From Bacteriovoracaceae bacterium (GTDB lineage: Bacteria > Bdellovibrionota > Bacteriovoracia > Bacteriovoracales > Bacteriovoracaceae), in the NCBI GenBank assembly GCA_041586955.1, contig JBFGZE010000063.1, positions 1-20,063 on the forward strand: a DNA stretch of 20,063 nt. Reading direction: 5' to 3'. Under the pieces are notes generated by a model, which ran no database searches, was not told where the DNA came from, and saw nothing but the letters and a program-made list of their open reading frames with translations. This document shows positions 1-8,730 of the stretch, piece after piece; position 1 is the first letter of the stretch, and each line of letters opens with the position of its first letter. The position numbers and the translations under genes were made by a program.

Positions 1-916
1 GGCACTTATCAGTAACAAAAGCACAACGATCTTGAAAATTACAACCCTTTGGCAAATCAAATAATGAAGGAACCATCCCTTCAATTGTTGGTAAACGATC
101 TCTCACTTTGCCTAAAGTCGAGTCAAAGGAAGGAATCGATTCCATAAGCCCCTTGGTATAAGGGTGTCTTGGATGATTAAAAAGTGTTTTAACATCAGCA
201 TGCTCAACAATTTGACCGCAATACATAACGGCCACATCATCGCATGTCTCAGCAACAACACCGAGGTCATGGGTGATCATAATAATTCCCATGCCAATTT
301 CTTTTTGCAATTTATTCATAAGTTCAAGAATTTGCGCCTGAATCGTTACATCGAGAGCAGTCGTGGGCTCATCGGCGATTAAAACATCAGGCTTACAAGC
401 AAGAGACATGGCAATCATAACTCTTTGTCTCATCCCACCAGACATTTGGTGGGGATATTCTTTAATTCTTTTTTCAGGGCTAGGAATCCCTACTAAGCGA
501 AGCATCTCAATCGCTTTAGCTTGACGATCAGCACGACTTAATTCTTTTTGGTGTAATTCTAAAACTTCCTCAATTTGATTCCCAACAGTAAACACAGGGT
601 TTAAAGAAGTCATAGGCTCTTGAAAAATCATTGCAATTTTATTGCCACGGATCGTTCTCATATTGTCCATCGGCATATCGAGAAGACTTTTGCCTTTGAA
701 TTTAATTTCGCCTCCTGCAATACGGCCTGGAGGATTGGGAATAAGGCGCATAATTGAAAGCGCTGAGACTGATTTACCCGAACCAGACTCGCCAACAATC
801 CCTAATGTTCTTCCCTTATAAACATCAAAGTTAACACCATTAACCGCTGTGATAATTCCACGATCTGTTTTAAATTCAACTTTAAGGTCTTTAACTTCTA
901 AAATCTTTTCACTCAT
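1..916 (-). CDS. oppD: Oligopeptide/dipeptide ABC transporter ATP-binding subunit (3' end beyond the left edge)
   Basis: Not in the ORF track. Manual translation from ATG at 916 gives [50 protein letters not shown] (Walker A), followed by [24 protein letters not shown] and [18 protein letters not shown] lies upstream and the gene follows the permeases. Confidence 0.95.
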   Translation of the reverse strand, partial: MSEKILEVKDLKVEFKTDRGIITAVNGVNFDVYKGRTLGIVGESGSGKSVSALSIMRLIPNPPGRIAGGEIKFKGKSLLDMPMDNMRTIRGNKIAMIFQEPMTSLNPVFTVGNQIEEVLELHQKELSRADRQAKAIEMLRLVGIPSPEKRIKEYPHQMSGGMRQRVMIAMSLACKPDVLIADEPTTALDVTIQAQILELMNKLQKEIGMGIIMITHDLGVVAETCDDVAVMYCGQIVEHADVKTLFNHPRHPYTKGLMESIPSFDSTLGKVRDRLPTIEGMVPSLFDLPKGCNFQDRCAFVTDKC

Positions 917-927
917 TCTAATTTTCC

Positions 928-1800
928 TTATTTACCTTTCAATTTGGGATCAAGAGCGTCTCTCAAAGCATCACCCAAAATATTAAAGGCCAAAACAACA
1001 AAAAACATCGCGAAAGTTGCTGCGGCCAATTGCCACCACACGCCTCTTGCAAGTTCTAATTTTGCATCATCAATCATGGTTCCCCATGATGGCGTCCCTT
1101 GAACCCCAAGACCTAAATAAGAGAGGATAACCTCAGACTTAATGGCACTTTGAAATTGAAGAGAGAAATTAATAATAACCAAATGAAGAACATTCGGTAG
1201 AATATGCTTAAATAATTTTCTAAAATCACCGCCACCAATGGCCGAAGCCGCCTGAACGTATTCGCGATCTTTATGACGAATCACTTCCCCGCGAATCAAA
1301 CGGCAAAGTCCCACCCAGCCAGTCAAACCAAGCGCCAAATAAACACTCATCAGTCCTTTCCCAAGAACGAAAGCAATGGCCATTAAAAGCATGATATTTG
1401 GGATAGAAGAAAAGACGGTATAAAACCAAACGATGACCTCGTCCACTTTGCCGCCAAAATAACCGGCGATGCCACCAAGCGTGACACCAATCACCATCGA
1501 AATAAGACCTGTTAAAAGTCCTACCGACATAGCAACTTCTGTTCCTTTAATCATCTTAATAAAGACACTACGGCCAAAGAGATCAAGGCCAAGAAGATAA
1601 TCACCAAATGGTTCGGCATAACTAGGTCCGATTTCTTTGTTCCAATCGGCTGCGATAATTCCTGCCCATGAAAGAAAGGCAATTAAAAAATAAAGACAGA
1701 CAATGGCAAGTGCTGTGATTGCCAATTTATCACGCTTAATCTGATCAAAAGCATGGATCCATAAGGATTTTGATTTTGTTTTTTGGTTACTAGAACCCAT
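928..1800 (-). CDS. oppC: Peptide ABC transporter permease (OppC/DppC family)
   Basis: [14 protein letters not shown]-like loop [11 protein letters not shown]...KHILPN, LSYLGLG...PSWG and terminal [11 protein letters not shown]. Confidence 0.95.
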   Translation of the reverse strand: MGSSNQKTKSKSLWIHAFDQIKRDKLAITALAIVCLYFLIAFLSWAGIIAADWNKEIGPSYAEPFGDYLLGLDLFGRSVFIKMIKGTEVAMSVGLLTGLISMVIGVTLGGIAGYFGGKVDEVIVWFYTVFSSIPNIMLLMAIAFVLGKGLMSVYLALGLTGWVGLCRLIRGEVIRHKDREYVQAASAIGGGDFRKLFKHILPNVLHLVIINFSLQFQSAIKSEVILSYLGLGVQGTPSWGTMIDDAKLELARGVWWQLAAATFAMFFVVLAFNILGDALRDALDPKLKGK

Positions 1801-1812
1801 AAATAACTTCCT

Positions 1813-2754
1813 CTAACTCAGCCTAACGCGTGGATCAACCACTGTATAAAGAACATCTGTAATCACACTAAATACAATATAGGCAATGGCACTCAAAACT
1901 GTCATGGCCCTAATCACTGGAAAATCCAAAGAGTTAATGGCCGTTAACGTCATTCCTCCCAATCCAGGAATAGAGAAAAAGCTTTCAAAAAGAAGGGCCC
2001 CTAAAATCAAAAAAGGTAATTGTATAATGACATATGTAATAATAGGGATCATCGCATTCTTTAGAACGTGCTTAAAAAGAATAACCTTTTCACTTAGACC
2101 CTTAGCGCGGGCCGTTCGCACATAATCCATATAGATCTCATCTAACATCACTGTGCGATAAAAACGGACATCCGGGCCAAGTGATATAATGACCCATATT
2201 ATAACCGGAAGCGCAACATAGGGAATAAAGTAGGGAAAACCCTCTTCATAGCCTGAAATTTCAAAAAGACCCAACTTATAGGCAAAGAACCATTGCCCAT
2301 AAAGGATATAGACGAGACTTGAAACGCTCATCAACCCCACACAGACAAGAACAATAGTTTTGTCGAGTAGCCCGCCTCTGTAAAAGGAAACAAAAAGTGA
2401 AATAACGATGGAAAAAACAGTTGCGATAAAAAAGGCCGGCAAAGAGAGAGTTAAAGAGGGAATTGCACCCTCTTTAATCATTGAGATAATTTCCTGCTTA
2501 GTCGACCACGACCGACCAAAGTCAAAAGTAAAAGCGGACTTTACAACATCGATATATTGAATAAACCAAGACTGATCAAGGCCTAGTTCTGCACGCATTT
2601 CGGCCATTTGGGCAGCTGTTGCATGTTTGCCTAATAATATCTGGGTAGGGTCACCCAATACAACATTAAACAGAACAAAAACCACCAGGCAAACACCTAA
2701 AACAACGGGAATGACGTACAATAATCTTCGAATAATATATGTCCACAAACTCAC
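1813..2754 (-). CDS. oppB: Peptide ABC transporter permease (OppB/DppB family)
   Basis: YIIRRLL, GDP, FDFGRSW, DYVRTARAKGLSE...KHVLKNAMIP and terminal DPRVR. Start is uncertain (TTG 2760, GTG 2754 or TTG 2748); GTG 2754 fits the upstream AAAGG best. Confidence 0.95.
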   Translation of the reverse strand: MSLWTYIIRRLLYVIPVVLGVCLVVFVLFNVVLGDPTQILLGKHATAAQMAEMRAELGLDQSWFIQYIDVVKSAFTFDFGRSWSTKQEIISMIKEGAIPSLTLSLPAFFIATVFSIVISLFVSFYRGGLLDKTIVLVCVGLMSVSSLVYILYGQWFFAYKLGLFEISGYEEGFPYFIPYVALPVIIWVIISLGPDVRFYRTVMLDEIYMDYVRTARAKGLSEKVILFKHVLKNAMIPIITYVIIQLPFLILGALLFESFFSIPGLGGMTLTAINSLDFPVIRAMTVLSAIAYIVFSVITDVLYTVVDPRVRLS

Positions 2755-2773
2755 TATCAATCGCCTTTAACCA

Positions 2774-4555
2774 CTACAGTTTTTTTAATGCTTTCGCTTT
2801 TTCTTCTAAATCAACACTTAAGTATTGAGCTTGGCCAGCATCAAAATCTGTTGAGATGAAGTTTTTTAGATAGCCATGGTGAATTGTATAATTTTGTCTA
2901 TGAACACCATAGATCCACGGTACTTCTTCCGCTGCAATTCTTGTTAACTTCTCATAGAGAGCTGTTCTTTCAGGAGTGTCTTGCATAACAGCTGCGATTT
3001 TAAAGAGACGATTAAATTCAGGGTTATCGTATCCAGAGCCATTCGCACCAGGTGCTTTATTCGGCCCATAGAGAAGTTGTAAAAAGTTTTCGGCATCTGG
3101 GTAATCAGCGCCCCAGGCAATTCCGTAGGTCATTACTGTTCTATTTGTGATTTTCTTTTGTAATTCTGGCCAAGTGTTTTGAACAATTTTTATATTGACA
3201 CCAATTTTGGCCATTTCTTTTTTGAAGTACTCTCCAATTTGTCTGGCCGTTGTGCTTCCTGGGCAGTCATAAGTAATTTCTGGCAGTCCCTTACCACCGG
3301 GGAAGCCAGCCTCAGCTAATAGTTTTTTCGCTTTTTCAATATCCTGTGGTTGACCATAGCCTCTATAGGGATTTTTATAATCTTCTAAGTAACCAGCAAT
3401 TCCTGGAGGAACGACTGACTGAGCTGGAAGGGCCACATCACTATTGAGAAGCTTATTAGCGGTTGCAATATCGTAGGCCAAAGACATCGCTCTTCTCAAT
3501 TTTACATTTGATTTGAAAATCTCAAGGTCATGATTAAACGCGGTATAAGTCACATCCAAAGAAGGAGCAACCAAAAGCTTCATTCCTTTGGCCTTCATTT
3601 TTGGATCTAGGGTTTTACTATCTGGAATTGCTGATTGAAAATTATCTTTATCAACACCATTATAGTCAATTTGGCCTTTTTGGAACTTTAACCAACGAGG
3701 CTGAGTCTCCTTAATAATATGAACGACAACTTTATCAACCAAGGGAAGAGGTTTCCCCGCGTCTTTGAGAAAGCCTAACTTCTTATACTTTTCATCCCCT
3801 TCTGAAGGATATAATTTTTTTCTAAACTTAGGGTTTTTTGTATAGACAATTTTATTTGATTGCTTAAAGCGTGGAAGAACAAAAGGTCCTGTTCCCACGG
3901 GATGATTAACAAATTCTTTTCCGTATTTTTCCACCACTTCTTTGGCCACTGCAAAAGTAAAAGGCATAGCAAGAGAATAGAGAAATTGAGGAAAAGGTTT
4001 GGCCAATGTAATTTGCAAGGTGTGGGAATCGAGGGCCTTAAGACCTTCAACTTCCTCGTCATAATTAACAGTATCGGCCTTGCCATTTTTCTCACGCCAT
4101 TGTGTCAGGCCTTTAATTTTGCCATCCAATAGCCACCAACCAAGACCTTGTAATTTAGGATCAGCTAGTCTTTTAAGTGAATAAACAAAATCCTGTGCAA
4201 CAAGTTCACGACCTTTGCCATCTGCGAAAGCAGGATCGTCATGAAAAAGAACACCTTTTTTAATTTTAAAAGTATAAACCATGCCATCTTCTGAAACCGT
4301 CGGTAAAGCTTCTGCTAAATTCGGAACCAAAGTATAAGGGCGCTTTAAATAATGATACTCAAGAAGCCCCTCGTAAATGCGGGCCACTTCATTTGAAGAG
4401 TAACGATCGTTAGCATAGATCGGATCCATCCCCTTAACTTCAGAGCCAACAGCTATGTTTAAAACTTTTTCCGTTGCATCTTGTTTTTTAGTACAGCTAA
4501 AAGCTACAAGTAAGTTTAAGACCACCAATAGGGTCGACAATGCCTTCATAAACAT
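2774..4555 (-). CDS. oppA: Peptide ABC transporter substrate-binding lipoprotein (family 5, OppA/DppA-like)
   Basis: Lipobox-like LVAFSC; IYEGLLEY, PNLAEALP, YTFKIKKGVLFHDDP, HPVGTGPF, LRRAMSLA and WGADYPDAENFLQLLYGPN. First gene of the opp run, with AAGGA upstream. Confidence 0.93.
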   Translation of the reverse strand: MFMKALSTLLVVLNLLVAFSCTKKQDATEKVLNIAVGSEVKGMDPIYANDRYSSNEVARIYEGLLEYHYLKRPYTLVPNLAEALPTVSEDGMVYTFKIKKGVLFHDDPAFADGKGRELVAQDFVYSLKRLADPKLQGLGWWLLDGKIKGLTQWREKNGKADTVNYDEEVEGLKALDSHTLQITLAKPFPQFLYSLAMPFTFAVAKEVVEKYGKEFVNHPVGTGPFVLPRFKQSNKIVYTKNPKFRKKLYPSEGDEKYKKLGFLKDAGKPLPLVDKVVVHIIKETQPRWLKFQKGQIDYNGVDKDNFQSAIPDSKTLDPKMKAKGMKLLVAPSLDVTYTAFNHDLEIFKSNVKLRRAMSLAYDIATANKLLNSDVALPAQSVVPPGIAGYLEDYKNPYRGYGQPQDIEKAKKLLAEAGFPGGKGLPEITYDCPGSTTARQIGEYFKKEMAKIGVNIKIVQNTWPELQKKITNRTVMTYGIAWGADYPDAENFLQLLYGPNKAPGANGSGYDNPEFNRLFKIAAVMQDTPERTALYEKLTRIAAEEVPWIYGVHRQNYTIHHGYLKNFISTDFDAGQAQYLSVDLEEKAKALKKL

Positions 4556-4667
4556 TTTCCTTGTTTAACAATTTCTATTGAGACAGCTTCTCATCATGCA
4601 GAGCAGTCACCCAACTTATATAAAAAAAGTTATTCTTTTGCCAGAATTCAAAGGGCCACGAGGTGAT

Positions 4668-5438
4668 TTATTTAGATGGCGCACCGAGTCCACACTCGGA
4701 GACAAAGTAGTCAAGACTGACGAGTGGAACTCTGCGACCACTTGCGTTATTGCGAAATGGCCAAATGCCCATTTTCACACGCTTGTAATGGCCATCCTTT
4801 TTACCGAATCCGGTTATGGAAAAGTAGAATTTATTATTTAATTGATTTCGAAGAGAAAAGTTGCCATCCCTGGCACTCAACTTCCATTTAATAGGCAAGC
4901 TTTTATGCTGACAGGTTTTGTTTTGGCAGACAAATTCTTTCTCTATGCCCGCAACACCCAGACTTTGGGTATAAAGGAAGTACCCCAACTCCTGCAAAAA
5001 CTTCTTTAAAAAAATTTTCTTTTGTGGCGAGCCATTCAGTTGATGGGCCAAGCGGGCGTAAAATGTGCCACTCGCTTTCATTCGACTAGACTGGGCCTCG
5101 CTCCAGTCAATAAAAAGTGTTTCATATCCGAGTGCCGGGATCTCCACTCCAACAGACCATAGAGACTTCTTATTATCCACCCTACTCTCAATATCAACCA
5201 TATAGCGCTCGACACCAGCTGAAATGCGACCTTTTCCTTCACCCGTTAAGCAAACCGCTTGCACGTGAGAAGAAAATTTCTTTTCGAGATGACGAGAAGT
5301 CCTGTGTCCCGCACAAGAGAATATGATAAAGGGAATAAAAGCAATTAGGGCCTGACTTCCAAGGATGCCGGGAGCCTTAATTGATCGAGCCGATCGATGG
5401 CCCCTTGAACTTCTAATTTTTCTGATTCGATTTTGCAA
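4668..5438 (-). CDS. Hypothetical lipoprotein, possibly LolB-like; start uncertain
   Basis: 256-aa ORF with a hydrophobic stretch and lipobox-like IIFSC at residue 42. It fills the gap between the TPR gene and oppA. The only in-frame standard start before the lipobox (TTG 5438) overlaps the TPR gene by 94 nt. Confidence 0.7.
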   Translation of the reverse strand: MQNRIRKIRSSRGHRSARSIKAPGILGSQALIAFIPFIIFSCAGHRTSRHLEKKFSSHVQAVCLTGEGKGRISAGVERYMVDIESRVDNKKSLWSVGVEIPALGYETLFIDWSEAQSSRMKASGTFYARLAHQLNGSPQKKIFLKKFLQELGYFLYTQSLGVAGIEKEFVCQNKTCQHKSLPIKWKLSARDGNFSLRNQLNNKFYFSITGFGKKDGHYKRVKMGIWPFRNNASGRRVPLVSLDYFVSECGLGAPSK

Positions 5439-7174
5439 TTTTTAAGGGCCTCCACATAAAACTTACGGGCCAGGTTATATTTTTTCAGAGTCTTGTAGAC
5501 GATGGCAAGATGTTTAGCAATAACCATATCATCTTTCACCTGTTCGTGGGCCTTCTTAATTTCTATTAACGCTTTCTCATACTGACCCATTTTATAATAA
5601 TACCAACCTAATGAGTCGCGAATATAACCATCATTTGGTTTCAAAGCGATGGCCTTACTAAGATAAGAATAGGCCTTGGCCAGGTCTTCGCCCGTTTCTA
5701 AATAAGAATAACCCATAAAATTCAAAGCGTGCGCATTATTGGGGTCCTTTTCCAATAAGCTGCCGATAATTTGTCGCGACGATTGATAGTTCTGATTTTT
5801 CTCATATAAAGATGCCAGATAAAAGTCATGCCCTTCAGTATATTTTTTTTCAGTCCTAATGTTTTCTAATGTTTGAATAGCATTAGAGACGTCATCAACA
5901 CTTTCATAAAAGCTTGATAAATAAACATAGAGTTCAACCTTAAGTTGAGCGTTCTTAATTGAGCTTTCCCGCACAAAGTCTTTAAAGCGTTTAATGACAA
6001 CTTCATTCCGAGTATCTTGTGCCTGGGTCATTAGAATTTGGCCAATTTGTAATTGACCCTCAGAAAAAAGATCACTTTCAGCGGGGATTTTATTGAAATA
6101 CTGAACGGCCTCTTCAAGATTCGCCGTTTGCTGGTAAAGAGAGGCCAAGTAATAAAGAATTTTGTCGGAGTTTGGAGCGACGGCCAGTACTTCTTTAAAA
6201 ACACCTTTAGCATCATCGTAGCGATCCAAATCAGTATAAAGGATGCCTAAACGAACTTTCATATTAAGGTTTGTAGGATCATCTGAGACGTACCTTTCAA
6301 GATAGGGCAATAAGTTTTTATAATTTTCCTCTTGATACATCACTTGGATTAATCTCTGTAAAACAAGGGAGTCATCACCCTGATGATCAACAAAATCCTG
6401 ATAAAGCTTTGTTGCTAATTTCAACTTTTGCTGGGACTCAAGAATTAACCCCTTGCCTAGTACCGCCTGGGTTAAAGCTGGCTCTTTTTTAAGAGAGCGG
6501 TCAAAATTCTTAATCGCCAGGTCAAACTTTCCCGCATCAAGAGCGTCTTTTCCCATTTGATAAGAAAAAAGACCTGATTTGGGAAAGATCTTTTGACATT
6601 TATTAAGATTTTTTTGAGCAAGTTTTAGTTTTTTCTGCTGCCTTTGAACCTTGATCATTAAAACACAAACTTCCGGCATTTTCTCCGGTTGCTTCATCAT
6701 GACCTGGTAAACGTGTTCGGCCTTATCGTATTCACTATTCGTCATATGAAGATTGGCCAAAACCAAACCCAATGAGGAATCTTTTAGGCCTTGATCGAAA
6801 AAGAGATGCCCTATTTCTTTCTTTGCCAATACTAATTGGCCAGAACGAATCAGCTCAATAGCGTATTTTTTCCCGACAAAACTATCTTTCGGGTAGAGCT
6901 CCCGCAAATATTTATAAAGGACGACTGCTGTCTGCACATCACCTTTTAACGAGGCGTCGGCGGCCTTAAAAAAAAGATCGCTCCCTAAAAATTGACGTAA
7001 TTCAGGGTTCTTTTTCGCCTGTTCTAATTGTTTTTCCCAACTAAATTCTGGTTTCTTCTGCCCTTCGGATGCTGGTAGCTGCTGTAGTGCCCCATTCGTT
7101 TCTTCTTTTTGACGCAGTTGAGCGCAACCCGACAAAAACATGAACGCAAAAAGTAGATTTTGAATATTTCTCAT
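5345..7174 (-). CDS. Tetratricopeptide-repeat lipoprotein (resembles the Pseudomonas PA4667/LbcA family)
   Basis: Lipobox FLSGC and many TPR-like helical repeats. The C-terminal signature DPNNAHALNFMGY...AIALKPNDGYIRDSLGWYYYKMG is typical of this family. Confidence 0.88.
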   Translation of the reverse strand: MRNIQNLLFAFMFLSGCAQLRQKEETNGALQQLPASEGQKKPEFSWEKQLEQAKKNPELRQFLGSDLFFKAADASLKGDVQTAVVLYKYLRELYPKDSFVGKKYAIELIRSGQLVLAKKEIGHLFFDQGLKDSSLGLVLANLHMTNSEYDKAEHVYQVMMKQPEKMPEVCVLMIKVQRQQKKLKLAQKNLNKCQKIFPKSGLFSYQMGKDALDAGKFDLAIKNFDRSLKKEPALTQAVLGKGLILESQQKLKLATKLYQDFVDHQGDDSLVLQRLIQVMYQEENYKNLLPYLERYVSDDPTNLNMKVRLGILYTDLDRYDDAKGVFKEVLAVAPNSDKILYYLASLYQQTANLEEAVQYFNKIPAESDLFSEGQLQIGQILMTQAQDTRNEVVIKRFKDFVRESSIKNAQLKVELYVYLSSFYESVDDVSNAIQTLENIRTEKKYTEGHDFYLASLYEKNQNYQSSRQIIGSLLEKDPNNAHALNFMGYSYLETGEDLAKAYSYLSKAIALKPNDGYIRDSLGWYYYKMGQYEKALIEIKKAHEQVKDDMVIAKHLAIVYKTLKKYNLARKFYVEALKNCKIESEKLEVQGAIDRLDQLRLPASLEVRP

Positions 7175-7223
7175 TTAACAACCATCCGTAGAAAAAAAAC
7201 CTTTTTTCCTTTTCTTCTTCTGC

Positions 7224-7251
7224 TATTCGTCAATTTCGGTGCAAGCCTTAA
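7224..7251 (-). promoter_or_regulatory. Putative sigma28/FliA-type promoter for the TPR lipoprotein gene
   Basis: Minus strand reads TTAAG-N15-GACGAATA, about 50 nt upstream of ATG 7174. The same spacing recurs upstream of two other genes in the window. Confidence 0.5.
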
Positions 7252-7371
7252 GTCGCGACACATAACAACTCTGATTCACCTCTCTGAATGGAAATCTTTG
7301 CCCAAATATTCCTAATTTATGAAAAAAATGCACTTTTTAATGCAGTGTAAGATTTTTTTTCGGTAGGAAGG

Positions 7372-7401
7372 TTGACAGTATTAATCGAAACTTGCTAGAT
7401 C
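7372..7401 (+). promoter_or_regulatory. Putative sigma70-type promoter for the phaR-like operon
   Basis: Perfect TTGACA at 7372-7377, followed 17-18 nt later by an imperfect -10 region (TGCTAGATC). Confidence 0.35.
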
Positions 7402-7476
7402 ATGGGTATCAATTATCGAAGCGAAGCATAAAAACTTTTATTTTTATCCGAGCTAAGCTATTGAAATAACCGAGTT

Positions 7477-7488
7477 TTCACTGCGGCA
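7477..7488 (+). promoter_or_regulatory. Putative PhaR-type operator (TGC/GCA-rich box)
   Basis: TTCACTGCGGCA, a GC-rich island in an AT-rich leader upstream of the PhaR-like gene. It matches 10/12 of the rhizobial PhaR consensus as I recall it (TGCRNYGCASMA). A second, weaker box TGCAGTGTAAGA lies at 7341-7352. Confidence 0.35.
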
Positions 7489-7625
7489 TTATTTTTTAGC
7501 AATAAGCATTGAAAATTCTTCATAAGTGTTAAAAAACCACGAATTAAGTGCTACAAGTTCGTTGGGATATTAGATAGATAGGTCAACAAATGAATTTTAT
7601 TTCATCACAAATAGGGGAAAACCAG

Positions 7626-8021
7626 ATGAATGACGTGAGAATCATCAAAAGATACCAAAACCGTAAGCTTTATGATACGCATCAAAGCTGTTATGTCACT
7701 TTGGAAGAAATCGCTCAAATCATCAGAGAAGGGCACGAGATCCAAGTAATTGACAACAAAACTAAGAATGACATCACTTATTCGACACAAATTCAGCTTC
7801 TTTTTGATCAAGAGAAAAAATCAACTAAAGCTGGTGACACTGAGCTTTTAAAGAGAGTTATCCGCTCTACTGAAGGAACCTTTACTGGTTACATCAGAAG
7901 TTTAGAAGGTATCGAAGCTGCAGTAACCGAAGAGCCAACTCCGGCCACTGAAGAATTTAAGCCATTTCTTAACAAGACTGAAGTGAATACTACTATTGAA
8001 ACACCGAGTACTTTAAACTAA
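7626..8021 (+). CDS. phaR: PHB/PHA accumulation regulator DNA-binding domain protein (PhaR-like)
   Basis: RIIKRYQNRKLYDTHQSCYVTLEEIAQIIREGHEIQVIDNKTKNDIT matches the PhaR N-terminal domain pattern. ATG 7626 has an AGGGG SD and is preferred over 7590. The C-terminal tail is short and Thr/Glu/Pro-rich. Confidence 0.88.
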   Translation: MNDVRIIKRYQNRKLYDTHQSCYVTLEEIAQIIREGHEIQVIDNKTKNDITYSTQIQLLFDQEKKSTKAGDTELLKRVIRSTEGTFTGYIRSLEGIEAAVTEEPTPATEEFKPFLNKTEVNTTIETPSTLN

Positions 8022-8061
8022 TATAAGCTTCAAGATTGGTTTAAAAACAAGTGTTCAAAAC

Positions 8062-8727
8062 ATGAACTTTAAGAAACAGATTTTTAAAAAATACCTCATA
8101 AATGCACCTTTGATCACTTTGATCTTAGGTGCTTTTTTTCATTTAGAGGCCAAAGATACTATCAAAGATCTTACCTCTAAAGAAAAAGCACGAGAAGTTC
8201 CCGCAGTCTCCAAACCAACTCTTTTTTCAACGCCTATAAAAATTCACTCCATAGGAATTGGCCTAGGGCAAACTTCTCTCCACGGAGCTTTTAGCGATTT
8301 AGGTGATGATAAAGTCACAGCAGATCTTTATTATAATTACTCTGCTTCAAGATCTTTTGATCTTACGACCAACTTTCATTACTCCAAGCATGAATACCGA
8401 GGGGCCTATGCGTCGCTCAGTGGTCTCAACATGGGGATCAAGGGCAAAATTTTTCAATTTGATAGCTTCGCACCCTTCGTTGTTGGCGGCTTTGGATTTT
8501 ACTCACCAAAGGTAAAAAGAATTATCAACGAAGTCGCACTAGAATCAAGTAGCAAATTGGTGTTTGGTCTTCACCTTGGTGGTGGCGCAGAACTTAACCT
8601 CAATCGCCGATTCAGCATTGGCCTACTCGGCCATTACCATAATCCGTTTGATGTCAAACAAGATAATCAAGGAAAAGTCGAAGGCTCCTATTTCAAACTC
8701 CTTATTACTACCTTTTACCATTTTTAG
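8062..8727 (+). CDS. Small outer-membrane beta-barrel protein (OmpA/OmpW-like, probably 8-stranded)
   Basis: Sec signal (…LILGAFFHLEA), alternating amphipathic strands (PFVVGGFGFY, FGLHLGGGAELNL) and a C-terminal aromatic beta-signal (LLITTFYHF). Confidence 0.82.
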   Translation: MNFKKQIFKKYLINAPLITLILGAFFHLEAKDTIKDLTSKEKAREVPAVSKPTLFSTPIKIHSIGIGLGQTSLHGAFSDLGDDKVTADLYYNYSASRSFDLTTNFHYSKHEYRGAYASLSGLNMGIKGKIFQFDSFAPFVVGGFGFYSPKVKRIINEVALESSSKLVFGLHLGGGAELNLNRRFSIGLLGHYHNPFDVKQDNQGKVEGSYFKLLITTFYHF

Positions 8728-8730
8728 ATT

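Noticed and set aside
164..382. 72-aa plus-strand ORF
   Set aside because: Antisense shadow of the oppD ATPase gene.
1886..6250. Short ORFs at 1886, 3775, 3860, 4578, 5117, 6031 and 6053
   Set aside because: All lie wholly or largely within or antisense to longer, better-supported genes and have no recognisable motifs.
7175..7625. Riboswitch (SAM, c-di-GMP) or sigma54 promoter in the long divergent intergenic region
   Set aside because: I could not find the conserved cores of these riboswitches or a correctly spaced GG-N10-GC element by eye. An Rfam scan would be needed to exclude an RNA fully.
7626..8021. PHA biosynthesis cluster
   Set aside because: Only the regulator domain is present; no synthase, thiolase, reductase or phasin is in the window.
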